64,000 bases of DNA, from NCBI GenBank assembly GCA_949284685.1, contig CASDWE010000002.1:596106-660105 (forward strand). The letters run 5' to 3'. The translations under genes were made by a program, and so were the position numbers. This DNA is from an uncultured bacterium (GTDB lineage Bacteria; Bacillota_I; Bacilli_A; RFN20; CAG-826). This document shows positions 58,203 to 64,000 of the stretch, in pieces. Position 1 is the first letter of the stretch, and every line of letters begins with the position of its first letter. The notes beneath the pieces were generated by a model that was not told the origin of the DNA, did no database searches, and worked only from the letters and a program-made list of their open reading frames with translations.

Positions 58203-60327
58203 GTTTAAATTAGAAACTTCTATGCAATTTCCATTCTTTAAATTGAATGAACTTGCTATATATTCAGAAGTTAAAAAGCCTAGTGGTGTAGCCTATATTT
58301 TACTAGTACTTATCAGTGAGTCAAAAAATAAAAATGATAGATTATCTAAAGTGCTAGAGAATTTTGGTATACCTAAATCTTTACATTATATTTTTGCTGA
58401 TAATGTTCAATACCTTATGAATCAGGGAATACTAGAAGAATTTAACTTTTACAAAACTGAATTTGATAGTTATCTTATAGGATCATTTCAATTTACTTCA
58501 AAAGGTAAAAAAATATTTGCAGAAGAATCTATTCCTACAGGTGTTAATAAAGAATTAAAGGTTGCAGTCTTTTATGATATTGCAATGAATGCATTATCTT
58601 TAAAAATGGATGTTGATTTAGATCCTAAACCATTAATGGACTGTGCAATTACACCTGAATTTATGAATTCATTTAAATGTGAAAAGAATGTAGAAAATTT
58701 CTTAAACCTTCAAAAAGGTAAAGGAATAGGCATAAAGAAAGAAGAAATAATTACTAGCGTAGAGTTATTAAATCAAGAAAATTGGATTGGAAAATATGAT
58801 TGTGACATGAATATCAAAGGCGATGATATAGAAATCAAATTTGATGAAGCGTTACTACAAAAATTCTTTGATGCTAATTACAATCAAGAAATGGTTAATT
58901 TAGCCATATCATATAAAAACAAGTTCAAGTTTAAATCTTCTTTTAAAGATAATCTAAAACTAAGTAGTTATGGTTTTGATAGAATTGCTGGAATTATTAT
59001 TCCAAAAGAAATTGATGATGTGTTAAAGCAAAAAAATCAATTATTACTTACAAAAGGTAATTATAAAACTTCAAATGGTTATATGGTTACTAGTGCTGAT
59101 TCACTTGCTGGATTTGATGATACAATTGAATTCATACAAGTTGATATGCATGATTCGATTTATGCATATATTCCAGGCAACTTTAATTTTAATAATAGTA
59201 TATTTGGAACTATTACAATTCCTTTGGCTGTTAAAATTAAACTAACTGATGAGGAATTGAAAAATGTTATTAGACCATATGTACTTTCTTTATCTTCATA
59301 TAGCGAAGATAACTTTAGAGAGCTTGTTAAGGTAACAAATATCACTGATGACTTAAAGTTAGCAAAAGAGATTATTGAAGGTTATGTTAATAAAAATGCA
59401 GAAAGCAATATTGTCTTGTTAAATGAAATGAAGCCATATGCAATATCTAATGGTGGTATTTCAAATATCTATAGAGAGCTATTAGAAAAGAACTATAACA
59501 ATTATATGGATAATTTAACTGAAGACAATCTTGAAACAGCATTAAAGATAACTGCTTCAGTTCCTAAATTCCTAAATATTCCAAATAAGGACGTTTTATC
59601 TAAAATCTTTAAGAATGTAAAGGCTAGAAGTGAATTGAAGATTTATGAAACTTTAGTAAATAAAGGATTTGATAAATCACTAGTTGTTCTATATGTTAAC
59701 CCAGTAAATGAAATACTTAAGTTGAGAGATTCTGAAGAGAAGAGTCTTATTGATTTAATTAATTATGATGATGCTTTGGAAGAAATGAAACGCATAACAA
59801 ATATAAGTGATTATAAGAGTTATTTGTATGATGAAGAAAAGATAAATCATAATGAATTTAAAACAAATTATAACAAAGCATTCAATCTTCAAAAGAATAT
59901 TTTAGTGTTTAAAAATGGCAATGAAGCATTATTTGCAAATTATGATGGTTTTATGAAGCTGTTCTCTACAATTAATGATGATATTAATATGGTTGAGTCA
60001 GCTCTTAAAAATCCTAATAATCTGAAACTAGATTTAATTGAAAAGAAAATATCTAGTGGTGAATATCAATTTGTATTTGTTAATCTATCTGCAAAATTAG
60101 AAACAATTCTTAAAAACAAGTATAAATTAGAAGGTAAATTATCTGACATGCTAAATGATGCAAGATCTAATGGTATAATCGATAAAAAGATTGTCAGTGA
60201 TTTGCATGATTTTAGAGATAACAGAAATGCAAATGTTCATCCTGAAGATAGAACGTCTAACTATGATGCAAATGATCTCAGAAGATGGGCAAAAGAAATC
60301 TTTGATTTGGAGGTGAAAAAGAAATGA
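58195..60327 (+). CDS. Hypothetical 710-aa protein with a C-terminal HEPN-like (DUF4145-type) Rx4H motif
   Basis: The C-terminal ...LHDFRDNRNANVHPEDRTSNYD... (R-x4-H) is present. There is an AAGGAGG RBS. It overlaps the helicase gene by 8 nt. Confidence 0.45.
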   Translation: MDKFKLETSMQFPFFKLNELAIYSEVKKPSGVAYILLVLISESKNKNDRLSKVLENFGIPKSLHYIFADNVQYLMNQGILEEFNFYKTEFDSYLIGSFQFTSKGKKIFAEESIPTGVNKELKVAVFYDIAMNALSLKMDVDLDPKPLMDCAITPEFMNSFKCEKNVENFLNLQKGKGIGIKKEEIITSVELLNQENWIGKYDCDMNIKGDDIEIKFDEALLQKFFDANYNQEMVNLAISYKNKFKFKSSFKDNLKLSSYGFDRIAGIIIPKEIDDVLKQKNQLLLTKGNYKTSNGYMVTSADSLAGFDDTIEFIQVDMHDSIYAYIPGNFNFNNSIFGTITIPLAVKIKLTDEELKNVIRPYVLSLSSYSEDNFRELVKVTNITDDLKLAKEIIEGYVNKNAESNIVLLNEMKPYAISNGGISNIYRELLEKNYNNYMDNLTEDNLETALKITASVPKFLNIPNKDVLSKIFKNVKARSELKIYETLVNKGFDKSLVVLYVNPVNEILKLRDSEEKSLIDLINYDDALEEMKRITNISDYKSYLYDEEKINHNEFKTNYNKAFNLQKNILVFKNGNEALFANYDGFMKLFSTINDDINMVESALKNPNNLKLDLIEKKISSGEYQFVFVNLSAKLETILKNKYKLEGKLSDMLNDARSNGIIDKKIVSDLHDFRDNRNANVHPEDRTSNYDANDLRRWAKEIFDLEVKKK

Positions 60328-61412
60328 GCCAGCAAGTAACTGTTGATTACCAAGGTGTATCTATTCAAGTGCAAGCTAAATGTGATACAGCTGTTCATTC
60401 GCTATGTCAAATAGATAAAGTGCTTGATAGAATACATAAAACAGCAGATAAGCTAGAAACATCAAAAGTAAAAGAATATGAAGCTTATTTGCAAAAATCC
60501 AAGGAAACAATCAAAGAAAAGATTGAAGCGTTTAAGAAGACTCTAGAAAAATATAAAGAAGCTAGGGCTTATTCGGTTAATAATCATCAACCAGATTATC
60601 AACAATTCATTAATTTTACTAATAAAGTTCAAGCTGAATCACAAGAATTAATTAGAACAGTAAATGAGTTAACTGGTTCTAAACTTGCAGTAATTGATCA
60701 GATGATTGATGAAGGATTATTAAATGCTGGACAAGAAACTACTCAAGCTATGCTTGATAAATTACATGGTGTTATTTCGATTTCAGATGATGTTTTATTA
60801 AAGATTAATAGTATAGAAGATGTTTCATTAAGAGAATTAGCTTATAGAGAAATTCTTAAAAATGATAAACTTAGTTTTGATGAAGCAATTACTAAAGCAC
60901 AAGAAGAATATGATGTTCTCTTAGGTAAACAAACAAAGAAAGTTATTCAAGAATATAAAGAAGAACTTACTGCTAAGGGTATTACTGTTGAAGAATTAGA
61001 TAAAGCTAAATCTATTGATGAAGCTAATGCTATTGCTAATGAAGCAATTACTGATGAAACAGTAAGAAAAGAAACTTTAAAAGTTATTATTAAAGCAATC
61101 AAAGATAGAGGATTCATTGTTGATACAAAGAAGAATCTTAAAATCGATAAAGAAAGAAATATTGTTAAGCTTGTTGCATTAAAGGCATCTGGACAAATGG
61201 CTGAATTTGAAATTCAACTTAATGGTAAGTTTATGTACCACTTTGATGAATATGAAGGTCATGCATGTAAGAAAGATATAGAACCATTCTTAGAAGATTT
61301 AAAGAATATCTACGATATCAATATTCTTCATGAAGAAGTAACGTGGGAAAATCCAGATAAGATTCAAACTCAAAAATATCAATACATAAACAAAAATAAG
61401 GGTACTAATTAG
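60324..61412 (+). CDS. Hypothetical coiled-coil protein (362 aa), possible partner of the downstream ClpB-like ATPase
   Basis: There is a GGAGG RBS and a 4-nt overlap with the upstream gene. It has no catalytic motif. Confidence 0.4.
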   Translation: MSQQVTVDYQGVSIQVQAKCDTAVHSLCQIDKVLDRIHKTADKLETSKVKEYEAYLQKSKETIKEKIEAFKKTLEKYKEARAYSVNNHQPDYQQFINFTNKVQAESQELIRTVNELTGSKLAVIDQMIDEGLLNAGQETTQAMLDKLHGVISISDDVLLKINSIEDVSLRELAYREILKNDKLSFDEAITKAQEEYDVLLGKQTKKVIQEYKEELTAKGITVEELDKAKSIDEANAIANEAITDETVRKETLKVIIKAIKDRGFIVDTKKNLKIDKERNIVKLVALKASGQMAEFEIQLNGKFMYHFDEYEGHACKKDIEPFLEDLKNIYDINILHEEVTWENPDKIQTQKYQYINKNKGTN

Positions 61413-61423
61413 GAGGTAAACAT

Positions 61424-63238
61424 ATGTCTTTACAAAATAGTTTTAATAAAATCAGAAGAAATGCTGGAATTAAAAAATGTGTCATGATTGATGGCAATGT
61501 TGGTGACGTTTATTTAAATGAAAAAAATAATATCGTCACATTAAGAGAATATCTTGAAGCAATGTTCAAAGATATGGATTATCAAGACATTGTTTACTGG
61601 GATAGAGTTGAAGGTGCAACTGGTGCAATTGATAAGCTTACTTTAACAGATGAAGTTGAAGTAGAAGGTGATGCATATGATTTAGGTGATGAAGAAGAAA
61701 CACCTAAAGCACAACAAGGCTTATTTAAATCACCAGCTGAAATCTTAAATGTTGTTTATAAGAATGTAATTGATAAAAAGAAAAAAGTAGCTTTTATTAT
61801 CAATTGGTCTGAATATTTATTCAGTGTTAATGGGTTAAGCGATGATGAAAGACAAAATATTACTTTATTAGGTAAAGCTCTAAAGGATAGAAAAGTAGAT
61901 TATTTAAACACTGACTGCAACGAAAGTGTTGTTGTCATTATTTTAAATAAAGCGTCTGGATTACCATTATCTTTCTATCAAGGAAATCCTGAAGTTGAAA
62001 TTGTAACATTACAAAAACCAGATAGAGAAGAAAGAAAACAAATGATTCAAAAGATAGAAGATTCATTTGAAGTTAGATTAAAATCTGGTACTAGCTCATT
62101 GCTTGATAATGAAAATATCGATTGTATTGATATGCTTGAAGATTTCACTAATCGTGAGATTATTCAATTATCAAGAATGTCTAGAAAAGAAGATAAGATG
62201 ACTTTTGATAAGTTATTCTATTTATTCAAATATGGTGAAAAAGAAAATCCATGGGAAAAATTAGAACAATCTAGAGTTAAGAATATCAAAAAAGAATTAT
62301 CTGACAGAGTTATAGGTCAAGAAGAAGCAATTGATAAAATTGAAAAGACTGTTGTTAAAGCATATATGGGTTTAACAGGCCTTCATAAAACTTCATCTAG
62401 ATCAATGCCAAAAGGTGTATTCTTCTTTGTTGGTCCTACTGGTGTAGGTAAAACTGAGCTTTCAAAGGCTTTAGCTAAATTCTTATTTGGTGATGAACAA
62501 GCTTGTATTAGATTTGATATGTCTGAATATGCTCAAGAGAATAGTGATCAAAAATTAATTGGTGCAGCTCCTGGATATGTTGGATATGAAGAAGGTGGCC
62601 AATTAACTAATGCAATTAAAGAACATCCATTCTCAGTTGTATTATTTGATGAAATTGAAAAGGCTGCAAAACCTAATCCACGTATTCTAGATATTTTCTT
62701 ACAAATTCTAGAAGATGGTCGTTTAACAGATTCTAAAGGTGAAACTGTATACTTCAGCGACACAATTATAGTATTCACATCTAACTTGGGTGCTAACCAA
62801 GTTCAAGCATCATCTGATAAAGAAGGTGTAGCAAAAGAATTCATTAAGATTGTAAAAGATTACTTTGATAATGAATTAAAGAGACCAGAATTATTAGGAC
62901 GTATCGGATACAATAATATCGTTCCATTTAATTTCATTCAAGATAGAGATTTCCAAGTTAAGATTTGTAAGAACAAACTAAAACCAGTTATCAGGGGAAT
63001 AGAAGAAAAATATAAACTTGAATTGGAATTTGAGAAAGAATTGGAAGCTATCGAATATATCTTAAAAGCTGTAGATTCATCTAAAGGTGGTCGTGATATT
63101 TTAAATGCTATCAATGATAGATTATTAGATCCACTAGCAATGTTCTTATTTGAAAATAAAGATGAATTACGTTCTTTAAAAGGAAGCAGAATTATTACAA
63201 AGGTAACAAAAGATGGATTCAGCTTTGACTTCGATTAA
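61424..63238 (+). CDS. ClpA/ClpB-D2-like AAA+ ATPase with an unassigned ~300-aa N-terminal domain
   Basis: RVIGQEEAI...FFFVGPTGVGKTELSKALA...LIGAAPGYVGYEEGGQLT...VVLFDEIEKAAKPNPRILDIFLQILEDGRLTDSKG...VFTSN is the canonical ClpB second nucleotide-binding domain, with sensor and D2-small domain. There is an AGGAGG RBS. Confidence 0.75.
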   Translation: MSLQNSFNKIRRNAGIKKCVMIDGNVGDVYLNEKNNIVTLREYLEAMFKDMDYQDIVYWDRVEGATGAIDKLTLTDEVEVEGDAYDLGDEEETPKAQQGLFKSPAEILNVVYKNVIDKKKKVAFIINWSEYLFSVNGLSDDERQNITLLGKALKDRKVDYLNTDCNESVVVIILNKASGLPLSFYQGNPEVEIVTLQKPDREERKQMIQKIEDSFEVRLKSGTSSLLDNENIDCIDMLEDFTNREIIQLSRMSRKEDKMTFDKLFYLFKYGEKENPWEKLEQSRVKNIKKELSDRVIGQEEAIDKIEKTVVKAYMGLTGLHKTSSRSMPKGVFFFVGPTGVGKTELSKALAKFLFGDEQACIRFDMSEYAQENSDQKLIGAAPGYVGYEEGGQLTNAIKEHPFSVVLFDEIEKAAKPNPRILDIFLQILEDGRLTDSKGETVYFSDTIIVFTSNLGANQVQASSDKEGVAKEFIKIVKDYFDNELKRPELLGRIGYNNIVPFNFIQDRDFQVKICKNKLKPVIRGIEEKYKLELEFEKELEAIEYILKAVDSSKGGRDILNAINDRLLDPLAMFLFENKDELRSLKGSRIITKVTKDGFSFDFD

Positions 63239-63767
63239 GTTTAATGTAGCATATATAAAATTATGTACTAAAACTGAAGGTCCATATAAGAGATGCTGTA
63301 TTTGGTTTCAAGGATGTAACATTAATTGTAGAGGATGTTGTAATAACGATTTACAACCATTAGTTCCAAATCATATAGTTACATTAAAAGAACTTATCGA
63401 TATAGTTAAAGAAGCTAAAGATAAGTTTGATATAGAAGGTATAACTCTTAGTGGTGGTGAACCTTCTTTACAAACTGGTTTAAAATTCTTCAATAATGAA
63501 ATTCATAAATTAGGATTAGGAATTATTATGTTTTCAGGAAAAAATAAACAACTTCTTGACAAAGAACTAGTTGAATCTGTTGATTTATTAATAGATGGTC
63601 CATTTATTGAAGAACAACTTGATGATAAAAGAGTTTTATTAGGTTCTAAAAATAAACGATTATCTTTTATTACTGATAGATATAAAAAAGAAGAAAATTA
63701 TTTCAATAATCCTATAGCTATAGAAGAAGTAACAGCTGAGGATTATATCTTCATAAATGGAGACTGA
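63213..63767 (+). CDS. Small radical-SAM / 4Fe-4S activase-like protein (NrdG/QueE-like)
   Basis: The cluster motif FQGCNINCRGC is CX3CX2C. ITLSGGEP (SAM-binding) is present. The 184-aa size is typical of NrdG-type activases. Confidence 0.7.
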   Translation: MDSALTSIKFNVAYIKLCTKTEGPYKRCCIWFQGCNINCRGCCNNDLQPLVPNHIVTLKELIDIVKEAKDKFDIEGITLSGGEPSLQTGLKFFNNEIHKLGLGIIMFSGKNKQLLDKELVESVDLLIDGPFIEEQLDDKRVLLGSKNKRLSFITDRYKKEENYFNNPIAIEEVTAEDYIFINGD

Positions 63768-63769
63768 TT

Positions 63770-64000
63770 ATGGATAAAAAGAGAATAGAAAGTGAAATGA
63801 GAGAATTAGAACTTAAAATTCATTATCATTTCAATGACATATCTTGGCTTGCTAAAGCTATGGGTTCTATAAAAGTACCTGTTCCAGGTCAAGGAAAGAA
63901 TGGTTCTGAATATTCTAATGAAGGCTTGGCTACTGTTGGTGATACTATATTAAAATCAGTTATTGCTGATAAGTTTTATAGAGAAGGAATAAGAACCAAA
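63770..64000 (+). CDS. Divergent RNase III-like protein, N-terminal 77 aa; the gene continues beyond the window
   Basis: LELKIHYHFNDISWLAKAMGS...SEYSNEGLATVGDTILKSVIADKFYREG aligns with the RNase III N-terminal LxxxLGYxFxDxxLLxxALTHxS...NERLEFLGDAxLxxVVxxxLY. The ERLEFLGD signature has diverged to EGLATVGD. The ATG is 2 nt after the radical-SAM stop. Confidence 0.6.
   Translation, partial: MDKKRIESEMRELELKIHYHFNDISWLAKAMGSIKVPVPGQGKNGSEYSNEGLATVGDTILKSVIADKFYREGIRTK

Larger units (their letters stand above)
47007..64000. mobile_element. tRNA-adjacent genomic island of defence-type genes (>17 kb). The right end lies beyond the window and no integrase is visible
   Basis: It starts directly after the tRNA-Glu terminator. 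Contents are DUF2971-like, GIY-YIG, HEPN/Abi_C-like, XRE regulator, a giant SF1 helicase, a ClpB-like ATPase, a radical-SAM protein and an RNase III-like protein. All genes are on the plus strand with strong GGAGG RBSs. The boundary call is an inference. Confidence 0.5.

Noticed and set aside
46544-64000. The idea that the island is inserted into the conserved acpP-rnc-smc backbone, with the ORF at 63770 being the housekeeping rnc marking the island end
   Set aside because: The RNase III-like ORF has a diverged catalytic signature and island-like RBS coupling to the radical-SAM gene. This points to an island-encoded paralogue rather than the housekeeping rnc. It cannot be resolved without downstream sequence.
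47007-64000. Prophage or ICE interpretation of the island
   Set aside because: No integrase, terminase, capsid, tail, relaxase or replication-initiator signatures were seen. The content is nuclease, HEPN, helicase and ATPase defence-type genes. Sequence beyond 64000 could still change this.

Overview
This is a low-GC (~27-30%), standard-genetic-code window from a Firmicutes/Mollicutes-like genome (Acholeplasma/Erysipelotrichia-like). TGA is used as a stop codon, so it is not Mycoplasma. It has two parts. Positions 1-47006 are mostly chromosomal backbone: envelope glycosyltransferases, a Ca-type P-type ATPase, Fe-alcohol dehydrogenase, Mrp/ApbC, cardiolipin synthase, a CBS/HAD/phosphatase operon, RarA, DeoD, the cdaA-glmM c-di-AMP module, NUDIX, GltX, ProS, a diacylglycerol-kinase-family lipid kinase, an SDR, Gmk, ACP and nine tRNA genes. 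Accessory material is interspersed in this part: a family of Tyr/Asp-rich surface lipoproteins (one frameshifted), a serpin lipoprotein, a Fic cassette bracketed by inverted-repeat modules, a GC-rich non-coding relic, and a 9-gene Tad/Flp-like pilus operon. Positions 47007-64000, immediately downstream of tRNA-Asn/tRNA-Glu, form a >17 kb island of defence-type genes with no visible integrase. The island encodes a DUF2971-like protein, a GIY-YIG nuclease, three proteins with HEPN-like Rx4-6H motifs (one Abi_C-like), and an XRE HTH regulator followed by a 370-nt leader ending in an intrinsic terminator. A tightly coupled 7+ gene operon follows, built around a 1509-aa Upf1/DNA2-like SF1 helicase, a ClpB-D2-like AAA+ ATPase, a small NrdG/QueE-like radical-SAM protein and a divergent RNase III-like protein. 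This operon is the best candidate in the window for an undescribed anti-phage system. All calls are from reading motifs by eye; nothing was searched or computed.
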